Positions 14,892 through 29,953 of a stretch of DNA of 64,000 nt are shown one piece after another. The notes beneath the pieces were generated by a model. The model saw only the letters and a program-made list of their open reading frames with translations, made no database searches and was not told the DNA's origin. How positions within the stretch are numbered: the stretch's first letter is position 1; each line of letters opens with the position of its first letter. The DNA lies in NCBI GenBank assembly GCA_002104945.1, contig MCFH01000001.1, forward strand, positions 2,046,001 through 2,110,000. The letters are read 5' to 3'. Both the position numbers and the translations under genes were made by a program. Source of the stretch: Piromyces finnis finn. Its lineage: Eukaryota; Fungi; Neocallimastigomycota.

Positions 14892-15020
14892 TTATTACTA
14901 CTACTACTACTACTAATAATAATAATAATAATAATAATATTACTACTACTACTACTACTAATAATAATAATAATAATAATAATAATATTACTACTACTAC
15001 TACTAATAATAATAATAATA
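14858..15020. repeat. Compound (AAT)n/(ACT)n microsatellite with a ~42-45-nt higher-order period
   Basis: Blocks of aataataat...attactactact... repeat three to four times. Confidence 0.85.
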
Positions 15021-15603
15021 AATTAAATTTAATTGCAATACAACAACACTACACACTACTAAAAGAAATAATAACATATAAAGTGACATTAAACAATAAT
15101 AACAATGACAACAACATAAAAAAAAAAGAACTTTAACAACAACAATTTATATATTTATATATTTATATTCTATCTATCCGTCATTTACATTTATGTATTA
15201 AAATAAAAAAAAAAAAAATACTTCTTTTTGACTTTAATAATAATTCTATATTTTATTGAATAAAATATTAAGAATTAAAGTTTTATTTAGAATTCTCTTT
15301 AAAAAAAATTAAGATTTTTATTATTATTTTATTTAAATTATTTATATGAAAAGATTAATTAAATAGTTTGTGAATTTTATAATTATGATATAGATAGGTG
15401 AGATAACGGAATAAAAGAGTATAAAGTAAAAAGAAATATATAATATAATATAATAGTATAATATATATATATATTAAGGATATAATGAATATTATTTAGA
15501 ATATGAAAATGTTATTATCAATCAGTCTTTTTTTTTTTTTTTTTAACTTTTATAATTTATCAAGTTTATTTTTGTTGATTTAATGAATAGTATCATTAAC
15601 GAT

Positions 15604-17246
15604 TTATTTTCCCATAGCAGCCAATCTTTCTTTTTCTTTCTTTCTTTCCAAGTATCTTCTTTTAGCATCTGAAATAGTTTCATCAGTTGATTTCTTTGAC
15701 ATTTTTCTTTGTAATTCCTCTTTTTGTTTTTGTATTTCAGCTTCTTTTTCCTTTTCCTTTTCTAGTTTTTGACTTTGAACATATTCATAGGCTCTTTTTC
15801 TTTGTTCTTTAATAAGTTCACGACGTTTTCTCTCTTCTTCTCTCTTTTTACGTTCTTCTTCCTTCTTTAATTCATAAGCTTTTCTTCTTTCTTCTTCTCT
15901 ACGTCTTCTTTCCTCTTCTCTTTCTTTTTCTAATGATTTTACTTTCTTTTTAGATATATTCAAACCGGCGTTTAATAATTGTCTTTTATCAATAACTTCA
16001 TTGTCATCATTTAAAGCAATCTTTTTACCAGCATTTAATGCTTCTTTTAATTGATCTTCCTCTTCCTCCTCTTCTTCTGATTTAGAGTCATCACTATCAT
16101 TACCAGAAGCTTCTTGTGAATTTTCGTTTTTATTTCTTGATGCTTCTGGTTTTATTGGTTCATGTGATCTTGAATCCAATATATTTCTGTAGAAACCTGT
16201 CATACTACCCTTATTAGCTTCTTCTTCCTCTATATTAAATTAATAATAATTCGTAAATATTAATTAGCTTTTAATATTATTAAAATGATATTAATATTTT
16301 AATAATATTAAAATAATATTTGTATAAAAAACTTTTATATTCCCCCCTCCCCCCTTTTTTTTTTTTCATCATCATTATAATTTAAATAATAATTTTATAT
16401 AATTAATTATTGTATATATATTATTTATATACCTTCTCTTTTTCTTTCTTCTTCTTCTAATCTTCTTAATTCTTCTTGTTGTTCTCTATAAGCAGAAGTA
16501 ATAAACATTTCTTTATCCTTATATTTATCGCCTTCTTCTTCACGTTCCTTTTGAATTCTTCTTTCCATAATACGCATTTGTTCTTTTTTACGTCTTTCGG
16601 CTGAAGCTAATAAAGAGGCTATATATTTTGGCTGTATATATATATTAAAATAACAAGTTTAAAAAAAAATTAATATAATTATTTTATGAAAAAAAAATAT
16701 TTCAAACATTTTTTTTTTTTTTTACTAATGAGATAATTATTCTTATTTTATTAATGAATATATCAATAATAAAAATTATAAAATTGAAAATTTCATTATA
16801 ATGTATTTTATCTCAACAGTTTTTTTTTTTTTTTTTTTTTTTACCTTTTTTTTTTCATCTTTATCTTTATTTTTTCCTTTCCTTCTTTCCAATTCGTCAC
16901 GTTTCATACTATCATAAACTTCATCATAATCATAGACATTTGGGTTTTCTTCCATTGCTTTTTTATATTCCGCTTCAACTTGTTTAGAAGCATTTTTTGT
17001 CATATTTCTTAGTTCTAAATTGATATTCTTTCTGGAAGAAGCAAGACTTGATAAATTACTATCATTGGTATTATCTTCTTCATCATCTAATTGTGAAAAC
17101 AATGGATTAACTTTTATTGGTTTTGAATTTAAACCTGTTTTTTTATTTTTTCCAAAACTTATATTGACTTTATTTGATTTAACTGGCATAATTAAACCAT
17201 ATTTTTTTCCTCCTTCAACATTTCTTAAACTTCCTGTTGATGCCAT
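15604..17246 (-). CDS. NSRP1: Nuclear speckle splicing regulatory protein 1 / CCDC55 (DUF2040); three exons (~17246-16845, ~16633-16432, ~16231-15604)
   Basis: KKYGLI N-terminus, ENPNVYDYDEVYDSMK, PKYIASLLASAERRKKEQ...EREEEGDKYKDKEMFITSAY, MTGFYRNIL and terminal DAKRRYLERK are all typical of the family. Confidence 0.88.
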
Positions 17247-18533
17247 TTTATTGCTATATATTTATATTTATGAAATTATATGAATTTATGACTATTATTA
17301 TAATGTTTTTTTTTTTCTAAACATTATTTCATAAAAAAAAAAAAAAACCATTACAATAAAATATAAAATAGATAAAAAAATTATAATTTAGAAATTCAAT
17401 TTTTAACTCTATTTTAATTAAATAAAGAAAAATATTTTAATTTAATAATACTTACTATTTCTTTTATTTATCTAACTACTTTTATTACCTTATAAGACTA
17501 TTGTTGAATATTATTCTGATGTATTGATGAAATTTATTATTTGATTATTCAACCAGAAATTACCTAATATTAAGTAAATAATAAGATGAATTACCGTGGC
17601 GTAGCAATATATGATTCATGTGTATTTTTCTTCCTAATAATTTTCGCGCCTCGTTATATCAACTAAATGATATGATTTTTATAATATATTATAAAAAAAT
17701 TATAAAAAAGAATTAATTATAAACATTCCATAGTAGGATATTTAGAAAATTTAGAAAATAGAAATCATTATTGATATGAATAATAATAATAACCTTTTTT
17801 TTCATATCATTTTTTTACATTAAAAAAGATATATTTTTCTTTAGTAAATTATGTTATAAAAATCATTCTTTTGTATATATTAAATATTAAAAAATGATCA
17901 AAACAAATTCATTAAAGTAAAAAGTTAACATGTATAATAATTAATATTTAAATCGTATTTCATTTATTATTTGTATAACTTTTTTTTGTAAAGTTTTTAA
18001 TCACTTTGAAGAAATTTAGTTAATTTTAATGCAAAGTCATTAATTATAATAGTAGTGATACTTAAATGCCACTTTATTTTCGTTATATATAATATTGCAG
18101 AATAAATACTTTAATAAATCATTCCACACAAAGGCAAAAGAAAAAAAAGGAGTGGTAAAAAAGCAAGTCTTTTTTATGCCTATAATTAGCCTTGTGACAG
18201 AGAATCTAAATTTTTTGTGGAACCAATAATTTTTAAAATTTTTCATCATAAAGGTATTTTAAAACCATATAAAATCTCCTTTTAAAAAGCATTTTATTTA
18301 AAAAAAAAAAAAAAAAGAAAAAAAGCCTTTTTTTCCATTTATTTTAAAATACCAACAAAAATAATTGTATATATATTCTTATACAAAAAAAAACTTTTAA
18401 TTATTATTGAGATCTTTTTTTTTTTAATAATAAATGTCATTTTATATTAAATATAAAAAAATTATAATATAAAAATTAACCCCTATAATTTTATTTATTT
18501 TTAAAAAATCCATCTTTTTTTTTTTCTCCTTAG

Positions 18534-18617
18534 AATAATAAATAAATAATAAATAATAAATAATAAATAATAAATAATAAATAATAAATAATAAAAAATA
18601 AATAATAAATAATAAAT
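18534..18617. repeat. Heptamer tandem repeat (AAATAAT)n
   Basis: About ten consecutive aaataat units are visible. Confidence 0.8.
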
Positions 18618-21600
18618 ATTGATATATTAAAATAGAATAATAACAATGTAGGTAGAATGATTCATTTTTTTTTAAAAAAAAATAAAAAAAAAACTTTGCC
18701 AAATATTAATTATATACTATTCTTTCTTTTGTTAATATAGGGTTATGAACAATATATATGATATTAGGTATTAATAACTAATAATAATGATCCTATAATC
18801 TACAATATCATAATTATTGATGATGATATAAAATTATAATTATTCATATATTCATATATATATTTTTTTTTATTTTGTAAAATTAATTTATACTTTTATA
18901 AATCATTCTAATTATGAATGATAAAATAAAAAAAGTTTATAATAATTATACCTAATTATCTAGTTAAATATTTTATGATGATAGATACAAAAGATACAAA
19001 ATGCCTTTTTTAACTTTCCATTATAATATTCTCATCCTTATTACCTTGTCATCATGAATAATAATAAAAGAGAACAATGTTAAATTAAAAAATTTTATTA
19101 TAAAAAACAGCGATCAATTGATGTCACCAAAATTAAATTTTCATTCTTTTTTTTTTTTATTTATTTATTTTTATTTATAAAAGAACAATAAATCAAATTG
19201 TCTTTTTTTTTTTTCTTTTCTATTATTATTTCTTTTTATTTATTTATTTATCATTCTCTTTATTTTATTTATTAATAATCTTTTTTTTTTTTTTAAAAAA
19301 ATGAACATGCACCTCTTTTTTTTTTAATTAATATCTTTTAATATTAAAAAAAATGTATACTAAAATTTTAATTTAATCTACACAAATAAATTAATTAAAA
19401 AGAAAATAATTTATGTTTCAATTTATAAGAATTTTCTTTTTAAATTAAAGACTTTTTTTTTTTTTTTACAAATAGTCAAAAGTTTATTATTTAATTAAAC
19501 GTTGAGTTTTAAAACAAAAAATTGTTTTTTAAACTCATTAAAATTTAATATCTGTTTTATTTTGTAAGAAAGCATTTTGAAATTTAATGATAAATTTAAA
19601 TAATATTATATATATAATTTATATCAATTTTTTATTCTAAATTGCAAATACTATTATTTTTTTCAAAAAATAAATATTAAAATAGTTTATAAAGAAAAGA
19701 ATTGTTTAATAAAACCTTAATTTTATATGGATTAAAAAAAAAAAAAAGAAGGATGTTTAATGAATTCATCACAAATAGTAGTTTGATATCTTTTTAATAA
19801 TGAATCATAAAAATTGATGATTCACCTTTTTATTGGTAAAAAATAATGTTCATTGTATATTTTAAGAGGATAAAATTATAATAAAAATAGAAAAAAAAAA
19901 GATTATTAATAATATTCATTATATTTATTATTATTGGTTCCATGTTGATCATAAAGTCATAATAGAATATTAAAAAAAAGAACTTTTTTTTATCATTAAT
20001 TAATGAGAATATATCATGATAAAATTATCTCTTTCCGTTGACCATTTCCATTGAATTCTTAGAATAATTAATATTATGAATCAAAGTTTTAATTAAAAAT
20101 TGTTTACTTTTATTGTTATATAATAAACAAAAAACTTTTTTTATTTTATTGAATTATTATCATATTATTGTAAATGCGCTTTTTTTTTTTTTTTTACTTA
20201 TTTCGTTTTGAAAAAAAAAAAAAACATCTTTTTTTTTTGCTAATAAAAACTTAAAAATATGACTAGGAATACTAGCAACATCTACCTACCAAGATTAATG
20301 GATGGTATAAAATAGAGTGATAAAAAATAAAAGGATACTATTTGAAAATATAATATAATATATTATATTTTAATATATAGTCAAATTAAATTTTTTTGTA
20401 TCAAACTTTATTTGTAATGAAATTTATTCAATTTATTCAATTTATTATATAAATAATATAAATATTATGAATGATATGCATCGCATCAGAATTTTAATAT
20501 ACATCTATACAAGATAATATTAAAAAAAAAAAAAAAGTATAACACTTTTCTTTTTTAATAATAATGATATTTTACCAATTTTAAGAATACAAAGTAATTG
20601 ATATCTCTCTATTTACATTGCCTCATCATAAAACGTATTACTTTTAAAATATAAGAGTGTGCGGCGGTCTATATTTAAAAAATATAAAAAACAAACTTTT
20701 ATTTAAAAAAATTTCCTTTTTAATATAAATTAAAATTTTTTTAAAAAAAACTTTTAAAAATATAAATGTGCCTGATCATTTGGCAGGACTATAATAAAGA
20801 AAAAAAAGGTGAAAAACTAAAAGTTGGAAATAAAAATAATCATCCATAAAAATAAGCAGAAATAAAATTGAAAGTAGTGATAATTTGAAGAAAATAATAA
20901 TTTTTTTAACATTTTTAAATGGTTAAGATTTTATATATTTTAATAAAACTATGGATCTATAAAATTTTACCATTTAATAAAATGATTTATCCATTCATAT
21001 TTTTTTTTTATATGTTATAATGAAAATAATTTATTATAATAATAAATTGTATGTGATAATAATAATAATAGTAATATGTGTATCTTTTTTTTTTATTATT
21101 ATTTTATTCTTTTGTAATACTATTATATATATTGCATTCTATATAGGGAGATAAAGGAAGATCATGTATGAATAAAATGATAAAGTTTATTAATCCTAAA
21201 AAATGTGAAATATTAAAATTTTACCATTATAAATAAACATTTTCTTTTCTAACACTAGTCGTCAATATATAATTAGTTTTTATTTAGCATTGTTGATTTA
21301 TAACTTGATGATCAAAGAGAATTTCTCCTACATCAAATAGATTATAATGCCTAATATTAAGAAATATTTTATTAATAAAAGTTTATCATAAAAAAACTAT
21401 TAAAAAAGTTATTCCTTTGATTGTTTTTAGTATTATTATTATTATTATTATTTTACCTATAAATCAAATAATAATAATAGTACACTTTATTACTTGAAAA
21501 AAAAAAAGTTGAATTTACAAGAAAATGATTACAAATTTGTTATTGAAACAAAAATAAATCTCAAAAAGTTTTTTTTTTTTTTTTTTTTAGCTTCTTTAGC

Positions 21601-24600
21601 ATTTATTATATTTTAAAGTTTTCACCCATTTCTTTTATTATTATTACTCTTATTATTTTTATAAAATACAATAGGATGTAACCAATAAAAAGAAAATTTT
21701 TTGTATATTAAATTATCCAATTTATTATTTAATATATTTTTTTTTCAACTTCATTTGGTATTATTATTTTTAATGCAATGCTAATGACATCATGATGGAT
21801 AATTTAAAAAAAAAAAAAAGGATATTAAGATATGCAATATGTTGAAAAAATATTTATATTATATAATGTTGTGGATGAAGAAAAAAAAAGTATCATTTAT
21901 AGAAATATAACTATATATAAATATATTCTTTTTTAATAATAGTTTTTAATCAATTATTCAAGAATAGTGTATTTTTTTTAAAAAAAAATATTATTAAATG
22001 CTCACTCTTGTCATCTTTTCTAAACACTTAAATTTATTTGTTAATTATTTAATACCTAACTCTTTTCTATATAATTTTTTATATTTAATTAATGACCAAT
22101 GCTTTTAATAATTCTACTGAATTTTTGTTGGTACGATAAAGTTTCAAAATTTATTTAAAACATTTCATATAACCATTTTTGAATGTTTTTTTTTTTTTTT
22201 ACCTTGTATTCAACTACAATTTTTAAACTTTAAAAGGTTGGTGTTTATAAAAATAGTTATATTAATTATTTGCTGTTGCTGTAATTAAAAATTTAGATTA
22301 AAACCAACCAAATCGTTTATAATTCTAATATCTTTATGATAATTCTAAATATATTATTTATGATTATTATTGATAAAAAGTAGACTAATAATTAAAAATT
22401 ATCTTTTCAATATAAATCTTCATAGATAAAAGAATTGAGAACTGGTTTTTTTGTTTTGTTTTGCTATTTTTCTTTGTTGTGTTTATAAAAAGTAATTTCA
22501 ACTTTTTCAATAATTTAAAAAAGTAAAAAAAAAAATTTTTAAAAAATTGTTATATATAGCAAATATATAACAAAATATATTGTAATATATAGTAGTAATA
22601 TATTATAATATTATAATATTGATTATTATATATATAATTTTAAAAAATAGAGATGGATAAATTTCAAATAAAAAAGATTAGGTAGGTAGATACTGTTAGT
22701 AATGTTTCATTGTTATTATCGTAGATATTGTTGTTGTTGTTATACTCAAATATTAGGAAAATATAACAAAGACTAATATAACACCTAATTAAACATAAAT
22801 GATTAAAGTTTAAAAAACAATTAATCTTTTTAGATAATTCATTACTACGATAATATAATCAAATGGATATTATGTTTTTAATTATAATTGTTTCCTTTAT
22901 ATATAAACATTATGAATGATAAACCAAGATGTAAATAAATTAAAATGCCTTTTTTTATTTTCATAAATAGATAAATATGATATTAATTAATAAAAAATAA
23001 TAATACTATCTTGTTAATAAAAAATGTATATGTAATAAGAACAATAGCTACAAAAAAAAGAAAAGGCTTATTGCTAGCAAAAACATTAATAAAAAATAGG
23101 AAACATTATACATGTCATTGTTTTTCTTCAATGATAATAAGTCATATGGACCAAAAGCTTTTTTTTTATATAAATTATTAAATTTATAATTAAATAGGAA
23201 TTGAAATTATAATAGCATAACCATTTCATTATTAAAATGGATTAAAGCGGAGTAAATTTTAAAGAATTATATTACTATATCGTGTGATTAATCCTATCAT
23301 TTTAATATCCGATATTATTAATTATTCATAGAAACAATTTAAATAGAATTATAGGAAATATCACTTAATAGCATAATCTATTAAATAAATATACTTTGAT
23401 TTTGTCAAAGAAATTTATAAATAAAATATATATTTTCAATGGAATATGAATTGAATATAGAATGTTGATTTAACTAAATAACTTTTATAAAAAATTGATT
23501 TTTTTTGATGCTTGATCCTAAATCAACTTGATTCAAAAAATTATATAAAAATTTTCATTTTAATTTATTTTTAATTTATTCTTAACTTAAATTTATATAT
23601 TATTTAATAAGACCATAACTTTAAAGTTATTGAAATAAATCCATAATAGTACATTAATCATAGATCATGATGTTATACATGTTTGTGTAACCATAAAAGT
23701 TTTTTTGTCCTTAACTTTTTTTTTATAAAGGAAATGTTAATACTACTACAAAAGTATTTTTTAATGATTAATAATTCATAAAAAAGTTTTTTATGATGAT
23801 GTCCTCTAATAAGTATTAGTATATATAGTTTATTATAGGATTAATTATTGATTATAAAATATTCAATGTACTAATCTTTTTTTGTTACAGATAAATGTAT
23901 CATAAAAAGAATATTTAATATAACCATATTTAGAGAAATATGAAAAATTTTTTTTTTAAACAATGACATAATAACGATAGGATTAATGATCTTTCCCCAC
24001 CCACTCTATTATCTAAATTTGTTTTTTGTATTATTTATCCAAGCATATATTAATTTTTATTTCTATTCAATATGAATCAATATGAATACATTTATTCTTT
24101 ATATATTATTATATTAATTTTTTTACAATAGAATATTAATTAAAAAAAAAATGATTTTTTCCAACTTTTTTATAGCACTAGTTTTTATTTTTCTTATATT
24201 AATGTGCTTATCTACATATATATAATATTAAAAAGTCTTGTAAATAAATGATATGGTTTTTTACGCTAGAGTATATTTTAATGAACATCAAACTTTTTTT
24301 TTTATCAAAGTTAAAAAAAAAAAGATTTAATATGGTCCTATAACTCTTTGATAAATATATAATTATATTTAGTATTTATATATAATAAATGTATCCATAT
24401 ATTAATTGAAATTGATAATATATAAATAATATATAGGACAAATTTATTTTATTTTATTTTTTTTTAGTTTTGTAGAAAAAAAAGAATACAATGGTTCATT
24501 TTCTTTTTTTCTTTTTTCATGTGTTTTTGAGAAAAAAAAATAGTAATAGATCTTTCATAATTCAGCTTAAATTTAGAGTTATTGAATAATTAAGAAAAAG

Positions 24601-27257
24601 AAAAACTTTTTAAATAAAAATAAAAAGGCCGAGAAACTTTTAAACATTTTTTTAAATTTTAAATGCTTAAAAAAAGGTTTATTAATTTAACCTTAAAAAG
24701 AAACTAATTTAATAATATTCAAAAAAAATTGTGTTTTAAAACTAAAAAGTATGAAAATCAATGGTTTAAAACTTGCAACAATTTAATTCTTAATCTTTAA
24801 ATTGGCTAAAAAAAATTTTTTTTTTGTCTTAACTAATAACATTGGAATGATACCTTTTTTTTTCCTATTACATAATATAATTAAAAGTCAAATATAATAG
24901 TTTTAATGTAAAAAACTTTAGGTTAAATAGTAAATAATTATATAAAAAAAAAGTTTTCTAATATATATAATTTACTTTTTTTTTTTTATATTATCATCAC
25001 TAATAGTAAAATTTTACAAAAGGTCTTTCTTTAAAAATTATATTTTAACTTTAATTCTTATAGATAAAAATGTGTTACAACAAAAACTAAATTAAATAAT
25101 AAAATTATTCTTAATCTTTAATATTAATATATATCATTATATAGTTTAATTAATAAATGTCCGATTTTAATTTAATTTAATTTACCATTAACTTTATTTT
25201 TATTTAAAAGGGAAGCTATAATAAAACCAAAATCTTTATGAACAATGAAAAAAACAATCAATAATGAAATAGTTACTTTTTATTTTTACTTTTTCATTTC
25301 TCCTTCACAATTTATTTATTTTCTTCATATTATAATAATTATAGTTTATTATAAAGGATATTTAATATTATATTATTATTAAATTCCTTACATATTTCCT
25401 TTTATTTATATCATATGTTGATAGAATGATGATGATTATATTTTCATAAAAATGCCCCCTTTTTTCTTTTTTCATTTCTTTTTAATAATGTTAAAGAATA
25501 CTTATTGCTAAAAAAAAACTAAACAATATTTATTTTAATGGTGTGGGATGAGTAATATGTCATTTTTTATAATGATGATTTAGGATTTAAATTAGAAATA
25601 ATAAATATTATTGATGAATAGTTATTTTTAAAGATTAATCCTTACTTTAATATTGTTTAAAGGTAAGAAAAATAATTTTTTTTTTAGAATAAATATTTAT
25701 TTGTAGTAATCGCCTAGTTTTCTTTTTTTTTTATTTATTTATTCATTAAACCTCAGATGAGCCTATTAAACAAGTAAATAATAACCATTATTTAATTATT
25801 AAATATCCTATATTCTTTTTGATGATGGTATATTTTAAATAGTTTAAAAAATATTTACTTTTTCTTTCTATCATTAAGGTTTACAATTAATTAAATTATT
25901 ATGTCACGATTCTTTTCATCATACAAAATTTAAGGTTTTAATTTAATCTATTTTATTATTATTCTAAGTATTTAATAAAACCAATGATCGTAAAGGATAT
26001 TACAATATCATCAATTGTTGACTTTAAATATAAATCTAAATTATTATAAAAAATACATAATTGATAATTTAAGGTATCTGACTTTTATTTTTTAATAAAA
26101 AATTAAGTTTAATAAAAAATAAATTTAGGAAGAAATTAATTTAATGTATTAAAACTTTCTTTGATATAATTATTAATATTGATAAATAATATATTGATAA
26201 ATATATTATTATAAATATATTATTATATTTATTATTATATACAACCAGCAGCATGAATATATAATATATTATGTATATCAATATAAATAATTATATTAGA
26301 AATAAATATGGTTTATATCAATAAATATATTAATTTATAAATAAATATATGTCATCAATTCATAGGAAATAATATTCCGCTTATATTAATATATTAGCGT
26401 ATATATCCTCAGTTTAATTAATGAATTTTTATATGAACTAAAATAACAATATTTTATAATATATACGGAATGTAGTTATAATATATGTTACGGTATCTTT
26501 AACTTCTGTATGACCATATATTAAAAATATATAATGCTATTATATTTCATTAAAAATTATGTATAATCAAGTTTATTTATAATAAATTATATTTTTATAT
26601 GAATTAACGTTTCTTTACACCAAAATATTAATTTTTAAAGTTGAATAGTAAGAAAAATGAATGGAACCTACTAAGACCATTCCTATTATTTTTCTAAAAA
26701 AGTATATATAAATACTTGGATACCCAACTTTTTTTTCAAATTTTTATTTTTTTTTATAAAGTTTTCCAAACTTTTTTATTATTATTTGTAAAAATATTAT
26801 TATTTCTAATTAAAAAAAAAAAAACTTTTTAATTTTTAAAATAAAAATTTAAAAATTAATATCGTTAAATAAATATATAAATTATAGTTGTTAATTTAAA
26901 TATTTAAAACAAAGATATTATTATTTGTATATATGTATAAAAAGAATAATATATATTAAAAATTAATAATATCAAAATTAGAAGTAATTAAATAAAATAA
27001 TAATAATAATAAAAAAAATATCGTTATACATATAATAAAATTTCGCATTTGCAATATCACTAAATTTTAATCCCTAAAATAATAATAATAATAATAATAA
27101 TAAATATACTTTTTTAAAAGTATAATAAAACATAGTTTAATATATATAAAAATACTATGTTAACAATAAATAATATATAAATTTAATTTAAGAAAAATAT
27201 ATATAAATTAAAAGGAAAGTAAACCATATTAAATCATAAAAAATAAAGTAAATAAAA

Positions 27258-28703
27258 ATGGATGGAATTTTATATGATTATGCAAATAAGGCATTTGAAA
27301 AATTTCCTTATACCGATAATTCACAAAATACTCCAGAATATGTTTTAGAACAACTTAAAAAAGCACAAGAAAAAAATTATTTCGTAACTCCAGGACATAG
27401 TGGATATTTTGACTGGATTTTTAGTAAGGGAACAAATATGACTTGTTATGCAGAGTATTTAGCAGGCCTTTCAAAAGAAGATTATGTAGGAAGTAAAATT
27501 GATCTTGTTAGAACAATTATATACTCATGTGCTAAACCACTTCAATCACCGTTCTTTTACTGGACCTTATTATTGCTTATTTTACACAAATTTAATTTTA
27601 AAAAACCAGTAATGAAAATTATTTTAGCTCACTATGTATTACGTGCTATTGGTGATATATTAGATCAATTAAGTGGGTTAATGCCACTTTACTTTAGTCT
27701 TGATGAAAATGGTAATTGCCGTAATAGTGTTGGAGCCGCAGAACAACATCCATTTAGATGGCTATTAACAAGGCAAATTGGTTGTATATTCTGGTATTTT
27801 GGTGAAATATGCGGTGATTGGTATCCATTACTTAGAACAAGAGCTGTTGCAAGAGATCAAAAATCAATGATTTGGGTATATACATCTTGTGTATTGTTTA
27901 ATTTATCAAAAATTACTTTGATATTTATTCAATTCTTCTTTTTGCCTGTAACTAAATTATACAAGTATAATGAGGAAACCAACTCATATTTATATGATAA
28001 CGATGAAAAAAATAAATTCTACAATAAATATTGGATTAATATTGGTGTCATTATTTTATGCTCTGTATTATACGATATTACAGTATTCTTTGTATTGAAA
28101 AGACAAATTTTCAGTAAAACAAAGAGTGACTTTGGATTCTTAAAGAAATTTAGAACCATTTCAGAATACAGAATTATCGTTTCCGTATTAATTTGTATCT
28201 TTTTATTACCAGTTATATTGGCTACTATTGTAATAAAATTCTACTTCTATAATAAAAAGGACATGAAGAATTTAAATTTCTCATTTGAAGATATTAGAAC
28301 ATTAATTGTTAATGTTCAATACTTTATGATTTTCATTGATCAAATCATGTTATTCCGTTCAAGAGATGACTCTAGTATGGGTGAAACTACTAGTATGACT
28401 ACTGGAGGCGGTTATAATACTAATAACTTTAGTAGTAATAATTTTAGTAGTAACAACTTTAGTAGTAATAACTCTAACCAATATGTTAAACCATACAACA
28501 TTGACTCTAAGTTATATTACACCAACTTGAATAGTTTAAATAGTAATATGGCACAAAGCAATACAACACAATTCGGTTATTCAAATAATAATAATAGTAA
28601 CTTTGGAAGAAATAATAGCAACTATTCAGGTAGAAATAATACAATAGCAAATTATGATGACTATAATGGAACGGCTAATGAATGGAATTATTTAAGAAAA
28701 TAA
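27258..28703 (+). CDS. Orphan 7-TM (GPCR-like) membrane protein, paralog A, intronless, with N/S-rich C-terminal tail
   Basis: 481-aa ORF with about seven hydrophobic segments (FFYWTLLLLIL; IILAHYVLRAIG; IGCIFWYFGEICGDWYPLLR; IWVYTSCVLFNLSKITLIF; YWINIGVIILCSVLYDITVFFVL; IIVSVLICIFLLPVILATIVI; TLIVNVQYFMIFIDQIMLF). Clear paralog at 46724-48192. Confidence 0.8.
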   Translation: MDGILYDYANKAFEKFPYTDNSQNTPEYVLEQLKKAQEKNYFVTPGHSGYFDWIFSKGTNMTCYAEYLAGLSKEDYVGSKIDLVRTIIYSCAKPLQSPFFYWTLLLLILHKFNFKKPVMKIILAHYVLRAIGDILDQLSGLMPLYFSLDENGNCRNSVGAAEQHPFRWLLTRQIGCIFWYFGEICGDWYPLLRTRAVARDQKSMIWVYTSCVLFNLSKITLIFIQFFFLPVTKLYKYNEETNSYLYDNDEKNKFYNKYWINIGVIILCSVLYDITVFFVLKRQIFSKTKSDFGFLKKFRTISEYRIIVSVLICIFLLPVILATIVIKFYFYNKKDMKNLNFSFEDIRTLIVNVQYFMIFIDQIMLFRSRDDSSMGETTSMTTGGGYNTNNFSSNNFSSNNFSSNNSNQYVKPYNIDSKLYYTNLNSLNSNMAQSNTTQFGYSNNNNSNFGRNNSNYSGRNNTIANYDDYNGTANEWNYLRK

Positions 28704-29953
28704 ATTTAAAATTGTATATAAAAAATATTGTAAAAAAAATTTAAAAAAAAAAAAAATCAAATAATCCATTTTTTAGAACTTTTCCATTAATTATAATATT
28801 CATTAAAATTTTTAAATTAAGTAATATGTAAAATTAGAAATTAATAATAGTAATATATGTTATATATATATATTTTTTTCCATTTAAAAAAAATAAATAG
28901 TAATAAAAAAAAAATAAAGATAAAAAAAAATAGTAAAAGAATAACATTTTTGTATTAATATTAATATCTTTGAAAGTATTAATTATTAATAAAATGATTT
29001 TTATTCATACTATAATTATAACAACAAAAAATAACCATATCAAATTAAAAAAAAAAAAAAAAAAAAAAAAATTTTGTAAATAGATGGTTATTAAATATAA
29101 ATTTTATATATAATGAAAAAAATAAAAAATGAAATTAGAAATCCAGCAATAATAATGTACATTTTAAAATAATAAATAATATAAAATAAAAAAAATTAAA
29201 AACAAAATTAAAAATAATAAATTTTAAAAATTTAAAGGTGTGTGAATTCATTAAAAGAATTTATAATAAAAAAAAAAAAAATAATATAGGGATAAAGGTA
29301 TAAGTTATAAAAAAAAAAAATTTTGTAAAAAAAAAAAAAAGACATTATAGCAAAAATAAAACTTCTTTCCCCGAGCAAATCATTATTGAATATTTCTTTT
29401 CTGAAACAGGATATAGAAAAAGATAAATATTTGATTAGGAGTGATAATTTTAAAAGTGTTTGTATAGGTATACATACTATATTTTTCTTTCACCTACAAT
29501 TTATTTTAAATATTAGTTGTTTTTTTTTTTTTTACCACCACTTTATAAAATTTACAATTTTAAGTTTGATTCTGTAGTATTCAATATTGTTTTTTTTTAA
29601 GAATATCTTTGATTTTGCTTTTTATTTTATACTTTACTTATTTAGACATTTATTAAATATGTTGTTTACTTATTTTCTTAGTTCTTTGCACCTTTTACTT
29701 TTTATTTAATTAGTTAGGAAGATTTGTTTTCAGTTAGCTTATTGTTCATTTAAATCTTGAATTTGTTATGGGTTCACATTACTTTTTTTCATTTATTTCA
29801 TTTATCTTAGAAGATTACGTCAAAAGTAAAATAAAATATAAGAATATAAAATATAAATGCTTAATATTTTTGTCGATTAAAAGAAATAATGAATACTATT
29901 TATTATAAATATAATTATAATAATTTATAAATTCAACTGTTAATACAACATGC

